Origin: Orbicella franksi
Taxonomy: Eukaryota
Direction: 5' to 3'
Assembly: GCA_964199315.1 (NCBI GenBank)
Contig: OZ116708.1
Coordinates: 26,288,001 to 26,352,000 of the forward strand
DNA length: 64,000 nucleotides
Below the pieces are notes generated by a model, which saw only the letters and a list, made by a program, of their open reading frames with translations, did no database searches and had not been told where the DNA came from. Below are positions 52,733-64,000 of the stretch, one piece after another. The translations under genes and the position numbers were made by a program. Numbering within the stretch: the first letter of the stretch is position 1; every line of letters begins with the position of its first letter.

Positions 52733-54000
52733 CTTCAAAAAGTAAAAATTGAAGGTTACATTGAAGACATTTCTGACATTGTCTAAAATTATTCTTGTTA
52801 TCTTGACTTTTGTAATTGCGTGTGCTCTTTGTATTATTTTGGCAGAGAAATTGCTCGCTTTGGTGGTTTGCAGCGGAACAAGTTTCTTCAGCCAATGAAA
52901 TGCCAGCGTAACCATAGTAACCAGATTGAAGAGGAAATAGAAAGCGGAAACAATTATGATATTAGGCACAGATATGGGATTGCTTCGAAGCAGTACGGCA
53001 ATGTCGTATTCAGTTTCTAGTTATTCGTTCTTCTGAAAATCTTCAACATAAAGGGTGATTTTCGACAGAAAATGAAAGCTCCATCTTTTCCGGTAAACCT
53101 GTGATTCTTCGTGGAGTCACTGATGCCATTGACGCCAGCGCCTTTTTTATCAAACATCTTTAACAACCCTGACCGCTAGTAATTTGTGCATGGCTGCGAA
53201 CACCGAGCTACCAGATGCTTCATGCGGGACTGACTTTTAAAGTGTTGGTTGTGGACAACTCTGGCACGGATCGTCGCAGTAACATAGGAAAAGATAACGT
53301 TTTCACAATTGTTATCGACATCACGCGAACGAGCCGCCATTAATGCGAACGAAGTGGCAAAGGTCGATGGTGGTCGGTTGTATTTGCTTGTGATTCAATC
53401 AATGATGGCTTCATCGAAACGTTCGTTTTTCTACTTGGGAGTTTTAACAGCAACAACCTATGCTCTGGTAGAACTTCTGATGAGGACAAAGCTTCAAGTA
53501 TGTGTTTCCATGATTTCTAATAACTGAGAAGTGATACTATTGTCTTAAGTCTATCTACTCTGAATAGTTCCTTTCAAAAGAACTTTGAATTATAAGTTTG
53601 CATGGCTAAAATTTTGAATTTGATCTAGCTACATTGGATTGCCACTTTGGTCTAATTTAAGTAAAGGATGGAAGTTTCCACGAAAGTTTCGCGAAACAAT
53701 TTTCAAGTAAGCACCACTGTATTGTGCACAGACTGTAGATGATACGTTTTCTACTTTCCGATCTTTACAAACTTCTATGTCAGTCATATTTCGACCACGT
53801 TAACTTAGCTAATCTTGCAGAACCTACGAGCGCCCAGATCTTGATATTAATATGACTGCGACCTACCGCCTTCCAACATTGTTCACCAGACGTCGCCTGG
53901 TCTGTTGATATGGTTTCTAATTTCACTTATAAATGACGATTCAAGTATTTTGTTTTTCAGTTGTATTGTCTCAAGCTTATCTACTCTGAAAAGTTTCGTT

Positions 54001-54480
54001 AAAAAGAACTTTGAAATGTAAGTTCCCTACCTTATATTTTTTTTGGCTTGATTAGCGATATTGGATCGTCACTTTAGTTCGATTTATAACATTGCTTTGC
54101 AGCCAATATTGCTCTTGCTAGAGCTTGTGGTTATTGACATGTACTCATCTATCATTCAAAAGAACTTTGAAATGTAAGTTTGTATAGCTTATAGTTTTGG
54201 TTTGATTAGCGATGTTCAGAATATTGGATCGCCTAGTTCGATTTATAACATTGCTTCTCAGCATGTATTGCTCTTGCAAGGACTTGTGTTTATTTAAGTA
54301 CATGTACTCATCTATCATTCAAAAGAACTTTGAAATGTAAGCTTGCATAGCTTATATTTTTGCTTTGATTAGCGAAATTCAGAATATTGAATCGCCACTT
54401 TAGTTCGATTTATAACACTCCTTTGCAGCCAATATTGCTCTTGCTAGACCTTGAGTTTATGTAAGCACTCATCTATCGAA
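54001..54480. repeat. Tandem repeat of about 160 bp, 3 copies
   Basis: AAAGAACTTTGAAATGTAAG...TAGTTCGATTTATAACA...TATTGCTCTTGC is repeated. Confidence 0.8.
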
Positions 54481-57400
54481 CATTTTGTTCTAACTATGAT
54501 TCGAATAATTTCGTTCTTGTAAGGTTGGAATGAATGCCTCACAAAGTGTAACGGTTTAATACAAATTAATCTCAAACTGCATTCTTAACTGATAACCTCT
54601 ACTGAGTTACATGGTTTTATAGCGTAAATGTTCAGCGAAGAGTGTTTCTCGGCCAGTTCAAGATTGGCTCAACATTTTGACATTAACAAGTGAAAAAATA
54701 ATCTTCTCTCATGTAAAATCAGCGAGCAAAATAAATAATCAGCGTACGTTTAAAATCAGTCAGTAAATACTTACAGGGTCACTTACAAATTGCATGTTGT
54801 TTGTCACGTTTTATGCATTGGTGCCTTCTTGTTATTTTTCTCGGCGATCTCTGAATAATTTCGTGATTTTCTTGACGTAGTCGCTTTGGAAAGAACTCTT
54901 GACGAATTTTCTATACAAATAAAAACGTTTTGTATCAAAACTGAGGGTCTACACTTAAAAGAAGGAAATGTTCGAATATTCCTTGCTGTCTGAAAGATAT
55001 CCAAGTATCACAGCTCTTTTGCAAAATGTAAATACTGCAGTGTAAAGGGGTCATATTGAAACGATATTAGGATAGAGCATTTTATTTTAGTTGCATTTTT
55101 AAGCTCAGTCTGGCATGCATTTATAATAGCCTTAATTTCGACTTCGTTCAAATTTCTAAGTCAGTAATATGGCTGGGGGATCCTTTGCTAAAACAAGAAA
55201 CATAGGATCAACTCGTTGCAGATTGAATTCAAGTTTTAGGAATAGTTTGCTAATTTTTCGACCGGTTTAACTGACTTGAAAACTTTCAATCCCTTGTAAT
55301 CACCGTTGCCTACTAGTTGGACCGGTTGAACCCATCTGCCAACTGGAATTATGGGTCTACAACTCTCGGCTATAACAACTCTGTCACACCCTAAACAAAT
55401 CTTACTTAAATCTCACTTATATCTGTTTCTTATATAAAATATTCAGCAGCCGCGAACTTTTTTTTATTACTTGAGGTGTTGAAAACTGAACAGACTGTCA
55501 TGTGAATGTCTGATCTGTTGTCACAGCTCATTTAAGGTTGAAATGCTGGAGACAAAATTGCACCAAAGTACCTTACATTTCAATTGCATGTTTTGTGACC
55601 AGAAAATCCAGGTTCCTAGAAAATAAACCGTGAATACCATCAAATCTACGAATTCCAAATGTAGTGTAGTGGAAATAATGACAGCGAAATAATCAGAGAG
55701 TGTTGTCGACGGATCATGTTTGCAAATGATCATTAAATCGTAAATGCTTACACTAGTTCGTTTCGATTCCTCCCAGAGTCTTGTCCGACTTTAAACATGT
55801 TCTGAAACTGCAGTTAGAAAACTGAAAGAAAGTTATGACTTCCAAACACGAGACCGAAAACTCAGCGATTGTAGTTGAAGTAAGATACAGTAAAAAAATC
55901 CGCGTGTAAGAACCTACATTCTTTGAAGTCTGGCAAAATAGGTTCTTGTATTTTATTTTGGTTCTTGTATTTCATTTTGGAGTAGTTATTGCCCATTTAG
56001 GCTGAGTAGGTTCTTATAAGGTTCTTAACGTCTACGAAGGAAATTATGTTGATCACCAGAAAAATAAATAAACTTGTGTTTGGTCCTTCAATGTGCAGAG
56101 TTATGCACAACTGTATTATGATAAGCCAAACACAACTGATTACAGAAGTATATTTAGTGTTACCTCCATAACAAGAGTTCATAATTTAACTGCAACCCAC
56201 ACTGATATAAGAAACTGGTGATCTTACTTGGCTAAACAGGTTCTTATCTCTTGGGGTTTGAAATTAGCAAATTTCCGCCAGCAGGCTTTTACACCACTAG
56301 GTTCTTGCATGTGGGTTTTTACTATATGCAATGAGTTGGTCAGTTAGCCCGCAAGTAGACGTCTGTTATTGCCTTTTTTCACACTGCACACCACAGGCTA
56401 TCAATTAAGTGGTTCGAATACATATATATACCTTGAACCCTAAGCAACAGATGCAACAAAATACACTGTGAGAGGAAATTGTTTCAGCGAAAATCGTTTC
56501 TCGAGTATTTCGATTCCACGAAGAGAAAATCGAATATCAAATTGTTCACTGCGAACTGCTTCTCATTACAAAACACTCTCCAAAAGCGAGTAGAAAAATA
56601 ATTCTGTTGTAGCTTCATCGTCAGCAAATAAATGAAGAATATAAAGTATTCACCAAAAGGTTTGATAAGTCACTCGATCATACTTGTGTCGATCGAACGA
56701 TAATTTTAAATCGCAGTTTCGTTCAAAGAATACTCCAACAAAACCTAAAGGGTACGAAAAGAGAATGTTAATAGCGTCGATCGAACAGTTTATTTATCAG
56801 TGGTTTCTTTGAAGCAAACTCTATATAGATTCACACTTTCATACTTGCTGTTATCGCCACAACCATTCCTGGTAGTCAAGGGGTGTACTGGGGGTGTGCT
56901 GAGGGTGTGAACAAATCAATGCCCTATCATTTCTGTGGCACGACCAACATCCACGGAAATACCTTCTTCGGACTTAATTTGCAATTGCTTAAATTGGTAT
57001 CAAAACCTCGATGGTCACATCTTCATTTCATTTGTATTTCCGTTGTTCATATCATTCATTCTATGCAACATAGCAAGCGCATGAATCAACACAGCCTGGT
57101 TTTTGACGGCCTTCGCGTCATAATGTTTGTTTTCTTGAACATAAACCGATTTTAATCAAGATGATGTGAAACTATACATAACACAAGATGAAGGAACAAC
57201 AAGTGTAAAGCGAATAAACAAATTTACTTTTACATCATATTAAAGACCTGCGGGATAATATACACGGCATACACAGGTTGCGGCAACTCAATCGTGCAAG
57301 CTCTAAAGATCTCAAACTTGGTATCATTATCGTAGTGGAGTGCGTTTCGGGTTATTTCTGCTGACGCTCAAAAAATCCATAATGTAACTTCAAATAGGAC

Positions 57401-57623
57401 ATTCGTACCTTATGGCATTACTTCTTTCCAAGAGCGGATCGGAGGAAGAAAACCAACTGTTAGGGTTGCTGCGAAAATTCATCTCCTTGAACAGGTCGCT
57501 TCGATAAACACTATCCCGTGAAAACAGGAAGCGCTAAATTTATCAGCAGTGTTTGTTCCGATTGGTCGTCACACTTTTAACGCAAGGAAAAAAGAAATCT
57601 TTGGTCCAAAGTCCATACCCTTG

Positions 57624-57692
57624 CAGTATTCAGTATTCAGTATTCAGTATTCAGTATTCAGTATTCAGTATTCAGTGTTCAGTATTCAATAT
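57624..57692. repeat. (CAGTATT)n heptamer repeat, about 10 copies
   Basis: Direct reading. Confidence 0.9.
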
Positions 57693-58810
57693 TATAATAA
57701 AGTTTCCATATAACGCGCGCTCTGATTGGCTGAAACAGCGTGCTTTATCAGAGAACAGAGCACGGGTTGATGACGGTAAGTTGGCTTCCAAATTTTTGCT
57801 TCGGAATTTTGACAAATTTGACCCAAATTAAACATCCCCTGTGACTCAGACAAACGCACTGGAAGCGAGCTATTTTTCTGCAGTAAATATGGCTCACAGA
57901 GACCATTGTTAGCAACAGTAGTGTTAAAACTGTACTAAAATAACAAGTTTTGCTAGATTCCCGCCGACAAAACATGTACAGCTGTAGCGAAATACACAAA
58001 TTCTCAACCTAAACAGTGCTTCGATAAAAACATTAATTTTGTTACGAAGGCAGAAATTATACTAAGAAGTAAAACAACGACAGAAAACAATTGAACTGTC
58101 TCTGTTTATGATGAGAAGCTTTATTTTTGTAAATTTACAATTAAAAATGCTCATTTGCTCAAACAACACTTACATGCAGTGTAGTAACGCTCGTTCTCCG
58201 GTCATCTCAGCGAAGCAAACCGACGAGTGGTCAGTGCAAAACTTGCTCTGATATTCTCTTCTGTGCTCGAAGTAGAACCAGTGGGAGTCGTTAAGTCTTT
58301 CTAACTTTTACGCTAGTTCGGGCAATCTTGCTGCATGCGGCTACAAGCCGTAAATAACTGTAGCTCCTTTCAAATTCAACCCGGCATTTCGCATTTTCAT
58401 CCACAAGCTTTGAGCTCCGCGTTTCGTAATTTCCACTGGAAAAGTGCTCATTTTCATGGGCCACAATACGGCCGGATTCCTCTGGACTATAAACCTTTAC
58501 CTGCCTTGAGATCCGTATTTAAAAATTAACTTAAAAGCGAACTTTGAAGGCATCATTCTTCTCTCGAAAGCCGCTCAAACTTCTCGAAACTGAAAGCTTA
58601 GCTGAAGTCCAGTTTGTGATTGACAGCTGTCGCTTCGTTAGCCAATCAAATTATTTGAACAATTCTAACAAGGATTGTGATTGGCTTATTTTAGCGTGCT
58701 TTATCAGAGAACAGTACACGGCTGACGCCACTTTTGCTCGTTTGGAAAATAAAGTTTGGTTTGAAAATTCAGCCGAATGCGTGGGGAAATTATCTGATTC
58801 TTTATCATAA

Positions 58811-58997
58811 AACAAATAAAGAAGCCTCGACTGTGCTCTGTTCTGTTGTAAAGCACTTAGGAAGCGGTAGAGCACTCAAGAAGTAGGGAAAAACACTCGA
58901 CTACGTCTCGTGTTTTCCCCTACACTTCTTTCGTGCTCTACCGCTTCCTGCGTGCTTTACAACAGAACAGAGCACAGTCGAGGCTTCTTTATTTGTT
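58811..58997. repeat. Near-perfect 187-bp palindrome ending a probable interspersed repeat (about 57.7-59.0 kb)
   Basis: AACAAATAAAGAAGCCTCGACTGTGCTCTGTTCTGTTGTAAAGCAC...GTGCTTTACAACAGAACAGAGCACAGTCGAGGCTTCTTTATTTGTT. Confidence 0.85.
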
Positions 58998-59725
58998 AAT
59001 TACGTAACACACGATAATATATGGTCTTTCATAAATTATTTTCACTTGCACAAGATAATATATTTGACGAGACACCAGTTTCATCTATAGTTTTAATTTC
59101 CCGCCCTGTTCAATCCGCTGAATCTACATATATCGCGACGTAGGTGTATAAGTGTATCGCGATTTGTGTGCGTGAGGACTGCATCCTCTCCTATGCGGAA
59201 TCGAACAACTCAAAGCTCGTTCTGGGTTTGTTGTGTCGAGATGTTTCAATGCAACTAAGGAGCTTGTAACCAGTGCAGCAACTCGCCAGTTGGCGAAAAA
59301 AAAATATCTGTCCGCCAGTAATATATGAAATCTTAAGACTTAAAAGTCCTGTCTTCAGCATTCTCCACGAAAGATTTCGTCAAAAACATCGATTTCGGTC
59401 AAGTGTAAAACGACAGTTATTTTTTAAACCGAACTGAGTTTTGTTAACCTGATACATGTCTCGGCCTTACAACACTAAACATATATAACGAACTAACAGG
59501 GTTACTCTATTTCGTGGGTAAAAGATCTCTTCAGTTGTATTTTCGTTCACAAAATTCTTTATCAATTCATCGTAAATTTCCATGTTAAGATTGCTCGGGA
59601 AAAAATATAAGTACTTACTTACCAAGTCGCAACGGTAATCTAATCATAGTAGTATAGAGTTAACACCTAACACTCCAGAAAGTTAAAAACTGCCCCCCTT
59701 GCCCCTGCGCTAGCTACGGCCCTGC

Positions 59726-60233
59726 ATCACGTATATAAATTTCAGCTCTGTACAAGGAACAGAATGAAATGTGTTCAGAAGACATTGTTTAAGAATAAAC
59801 GCTTGACCGGGGTGTGCGAAGTCATTGTTTACGTTTCGGAAGACTAATAATTTCGTGAGACATTTCGTGAGAATTTTGTATTTAGCATAATTTATTCATC
59901 GACTTGTGTGAATCTGGCGAACAGTGTGAACAGTGTCGAGTTGTATCCGAGCCGTATGCTAGTATTCGAGCTGTATATATATCACGTATATAAATTTCAG
60001 CTCTGTACAAGGAACAGAATGAAATGTGTTCAGAAGACATTGTTTAAGAATAAACGCTTGACCGGGGTGTGCGGAAGTCATTGTTTACGTTTCGGAAGAC
60101 TAATAATTTCGTGAGACATTTCGTGAGAATTTTGTATTTAGCATAATTTATTCATCGACTTGTGTGAATCTAGCGAACAGTGTGAACAGTGTCGAGTTGT
60201 ATCCGAGCCGTAAACTAGTATTCGAGCTGTATG
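59726..60233. repeat. Recent 255-bp tandem duplication
   Basis: Copies start at 59726 and 59981 and differ at only a few positions. Confidence 0.9.
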
Positions 60234-60951
60234 TTAGAATAAGAGTATTCAAAAGTTATTTTTACTTTTGGTTGTCGTTTCCGTCGGACCAAAACTTGAT
60301 GAATTCATAATTAAATGAATTGAAATGAATTGTTTGAGAATGCATGGAGCGGTCATGCTCATTGATGCATGAGTACTGCCAATCAGTCCTCAGGCTTGCC
60401 CGTGCGAGACTGTAAACTTAATGTAAACGAATGGAATTGTAGGGCAAGTTTTGGTTGGGATTACGGAACAAATCGGCGCACGCGGTATGCAAATATCGGC
60501 GCACGCGATATGGAAGGCTCATGAAAAATACGAATTCTTAGTTTTTTAGCTACCGAAGAAAGAGTTTAATTTTACTAAAAAAGAGTCTCGCATCACAATC
60601 AAAAGTCTAACAACGCTGCAATCTACAAATTGAGGTTAGTGCTGCCAATTCCTACCTGTTTTCCAATAGTTCTCTTGGCCGCTCACCGAGTCCTTCCGAA
60701 TTGCGGTGTGCAGCAGAATCACAACTCCCCACAGAAATCATGACACTCAATTGAAAAAAAAAAAATTCAACTTAAGACTTCCACGAACTTAAGAAAAACA
60801 GAACAGACTTTTACAGCGAGAGTCGACTACGATGACGCAGGCGAGGACAACAACGGCACAACTGCAGTAGGTGAAGAGACTTATTTTATCTTTTAGTCAC
60901 ATGCGACACAGCAACCATTGTTCACTGGCACTAGACCGTTGCATGACGACC

Positions 60952-61150
60952 CTAATAACGCCTGCCGAGAAGGGTACCTACGATCATGCGTTCTTTTGTT
61001 TCTTCTTTATTTCCCCTGGCTGAACTGAAGAAAGCCATTGGCTCTCCATTCGCATCTCCTTGGCGACGCTGTTGAACCTCTGTTATTTCCAAAATAAAAA
61101 ATGTTTCCCTTGGATTCATCTTGTTCCTTGTGGCATTCTGTGGCTCGACC
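60952..61150 (-). CDS. TRAF6-like cassette 4, truncated MATH exon (44 aa of MATH plus a novel tail)
   Basis: Same acceptor and frame as cassette 3. Homology ends after ...AFFSSA (about 61018); then RGNKEETKERMIVGTLLGRRY*. Confidence 0.75.
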
Positions 61151-61701
61151 CTGAGAATAAAACACAATTTATTTCTTATTATTTACATTAGACTATTTCC
61201 CTTAACATCATATAGCGGTGTCAATGCTGTTGATTAAAGCTATCGAAATCACTTCTTTAGTCGCAGTTCACTGCAAGGTTAATTCGATATGATGGTGTGC
61301 ACGCATGCATACATATGAAAAGCTGCAACTATTAATCAGATGAGAATGTATTTAATAAGAGATACGCTAATAAATTCCACCACGCATATTATTCACTTTT
61401 GCCATTTGCGCCTTAAAACTGTAAAAGTGCTAAACGTATCCCTCTTAACAGACAATTGTAAATAAAAACAGTCTTACATATTTGGTGGTGGCTGGCATCT
61501 TTTTGTTCGAGTATGGTTTCAGCATTTACGTTCACTGACACAATAGCTGGAAATTTACATCGACTTGTATGACCCACAAAAAAAATCTAGCAAAAAAAAA
61601 TGCTTTCAAAATGGTTGAAGAAGTGTTGATTACCGAGGTATCATGATTTGACGATGTATTTGATTTCCCATGCAAATGTAGTATGCGTAACATCAGCTTG
61701 C

Positions 61702-62597
61702 CTGCCAAGTTCTTGTTTCCACAATTGCAGTTCCTGGCGACTACAGTTATGTTCCACAGCCTGTTCCGTCTGACCTGTGGAACTCACTCCATTTACGTCG
61801 GCACCATTGAGCTGGTGGTGACATGGAGGCAGGTCTTCATGTTCTTCTAGCGTCCGCTCTCCAGACGGTCTCGTCTCCTGAATAGGGTGACGTACTTCTT
61901 GGCTATCTCGCGTCTGCGATCCATCCAGGACCATCTCCTGAGTGGGCTGGCTCGGTCCATTAGCCCGTGCACTCTGCTGGTAACAGGGCTGCTGCTGTTG
62001 TCCATTCACCAACTGACTAGCAAATGATTCCTGAATGGAGGATTCTTGTCTGGACACATGCCCTTCTCCATTCAGCATGGAATGGTTTAAATCATTGCTT
62101 CTTCCAACATCGCTCTGCTGGTAAACTGACTGCCACTCCCGCGTATTCAATCCTGCAATCTCCTCCATTTCTGGGATGGGACAAGATATTTCACGGACTT
62201 GTCCACCAATTGCCATTGGGTGGCTCATTCCATCACCCTGATCATCATTAGCCTGCCGCTGGTACACTGGCTGCCGCTCATGTGCACTCAACCAATGGCC
62301 GGCAACAGCAACTTCATGTACTACTGGGATGGAGCAAGATATTTCACTGGCTTGTCCCCTAATTGCCCTGAGGGAGCTCGATGCATTACCCTGGCTATCA
62401 TCACCCTGCTGGTAGGTTGGCTGCCGCTCTTCTCCGTCCTGCGTGCTTTGACTGAGGTTCTGCTCCTCCTCCTTGTCAGGGAGAGAAGGTCCAACGCCCT
62501 GCTTGACATTTCCCAACTCAGGGATCGCCCGCCCGGCAGGTGGCTCAACCGGAGGAGTGTTGTTGCTTGGGACACAGCCCTGACCGCCATCTATGCG
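61702..62597 (-). CDS. TRAF6-like cassette 4, linker exon
   Basis: 896 nt, phase 0 to 2; acceptor ttccag|; donor AG|GCAAGC. Close paralogue of the cassette 3 linker with extra internal repeat sequence. Confidence 0.85.
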
Positions 62598-63347
62598 CTG
62601 GAATAAATGAAATACAGGCAAATGACTTCAATTTTCCCAGTGAAAACATTTTCAAATCCCATTTCCAAAATTACCCAGTTCAGGCCTCTCTTGCAACTAC
62701 TTACGAACATAAATGTGACGAAGAGCTGTCGAACATGCATGCGATGTTATTTTTTGGAGTTCCCATCCACTTCTTCAAGTCAAAAATAACTAATACAAAA
62801 ACCCAACAATTCATGCAGTCCTTTTCCTAACAAAAGGAAAATCTCATAACACGAATATACTGTTTGCAATGTATGTGAGAGAGCGAGAGAGATCAATAGG
62901 AAAATCAAGTTTATCGGGCAAGTTAAAGTTTCGTCCAAGTTTTTGTCATATTAGGAAGTGAGAGGGATAAGTGACTAAGTAAGTAATCTTTATTTAGCCA
63001 GGGTGGCCTATTCAGCAGCGAGACTGATATCCAGAGGGGCCCTGGACTAAAAGAAATATAATAATTTAAAAAATGCAAGATATTATGATAATTTAAAATA
63101 CAAGATAAAAATTACGACAGGGTGTGATTTTTACACTCATGCGCTCATTTTCAAACTATGTACCCCTGCTGATTATTGCACAGTCGTTATATTACGCGCC
63201 TCCAGGGACCAACCAGCCACAAAAATATAAGAACGGACATTACTGCGATTTTGGGGCAATCATATTAACGCACAGGAAAGACATTTTTGAGCCATACACA
63301 AAGAGTGATGTTCTCCCATGTTCTCAGGCAAATAATTCCATACTTAC

Positions 63348-63402
63348 CTCTGACTCTAGCATAGCTTCATTATCAACAGGGCATCTGCGTGGGCCATTCT
63401 CC
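63348..63402 (-). CDS. TRAF6: TRAF6-like cassette 4, RING-tail exon (ENGPRRCPVDNEAMLESE)
   Basis: tttttaaag|...GAG|gtaagt, 55 nt, phase 2 to 0. Its upstream exon must lie beyond the window. Confidence 0.85.
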
Positions 63403-64000
63403 CTTTAAAAACAATTGAAGATGACAGGTAAGACATTTCTAATATCGTCATATATTAGTTTCTGTGTTGATTCTTCTATTGCGGTTTTATTTTGGATATA
63501 TTAATTCAACTTTAACTTTAATTTCATTTTAAGGCTTTCATTATTCTTCCAGTGTCGCAGTTTTGTTTGCAGCTGAACGCATTTTGTCTTAATCAATCAA
63601 ATGTCACCATAACCATGGTAACCAGACTTTCGAAGCGGATGTATTCTGTGACGTTACTTTAGGAAACAATATTTCACGTCTAGACAGATCATCAAATTGT
63701 TTCGATGCATTGCAGCGTTGTCGTTATTTGTTCTTCTTGAAATCTTCAGCAAGTGTTCTTCGATGAAAAGTGAAAGCCCGAGCAACGCCTTTTTGGAATA
63801 ATTGACGACTACTGACGTGAGCGCCTTTTTGCAAACACCTCTAACTAGCCGTGACCGTCGGTAATATTTGCATGGCCAGGGACGCCGAGCTTCCAGTTGT
63901 TTTATATCATATCTGGGAATAACTGCGGGTTGTGGACAGTTGTGGCACGGATCGGCGAAATTACCAGGAAATAGTTCACGTTTTTACAATTGTCAACGAC

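Noticed and set aside
55500-55740. Plus-strand Cys-rich frame (CECLICCHS...CMFCDQ) as the missing RING exon of cassette 3
   Set aside because: Wrong strand, no CGHxFC motif, and interrupted by stops.

Overview
Eukaryotic, repeat-rich DNA with no prokaryotic features. A stony coral or other anthozoan is my inference from the SINE/MITE families. All recognisable genes are on the minus strand. At the left edge are two Ig-domain exons of an L1/contactin-like adhesion gene. Most of the window is an unusual TRAF6-like locus. It has four paralogous 3' cassettes, each made of a 52-55 nt RING-tail exon (RCP[VI]D), one large Gln/Glu-rich exon with TRAF-binding-type motifs, a GC-AG intron, and a MATH exon. 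They lie at about 9.9-12.9, 20.7-23.3, 49.3-52.7 and 61.0-63.4 kb. Between 28.0 and 44.5 kb is a tandem array of seven copies of the RING 5' half (a CxxC...CGHxFCxxC first exon). All seven end in phase 2; six keep a GT donor and three have paired CCAAT boxes upstream. These exons are too short to appear in the ORF track. I found no RING-tail exon inside the array, and no RING 5' exon directly upstream of cassettes 1 or 3. The layout therefore suggests alternative first exons splicing onto shared 3' cassettes, as in protocadherin or UGT1 loci (inference). The zinc fingers and coiled coil of canonical TRAF6 appear to be replaced by the motif-rich exon. Mobile DNA includes a Penelope-like GIY-YIG element, a 2.36 kb element with 31-bp TIRs and a 5-bp TSD, tRNA-derived SINEs, MITEs and several tandem repeats. 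Exons were read and translated by hand; repeat boundaries are approximate.
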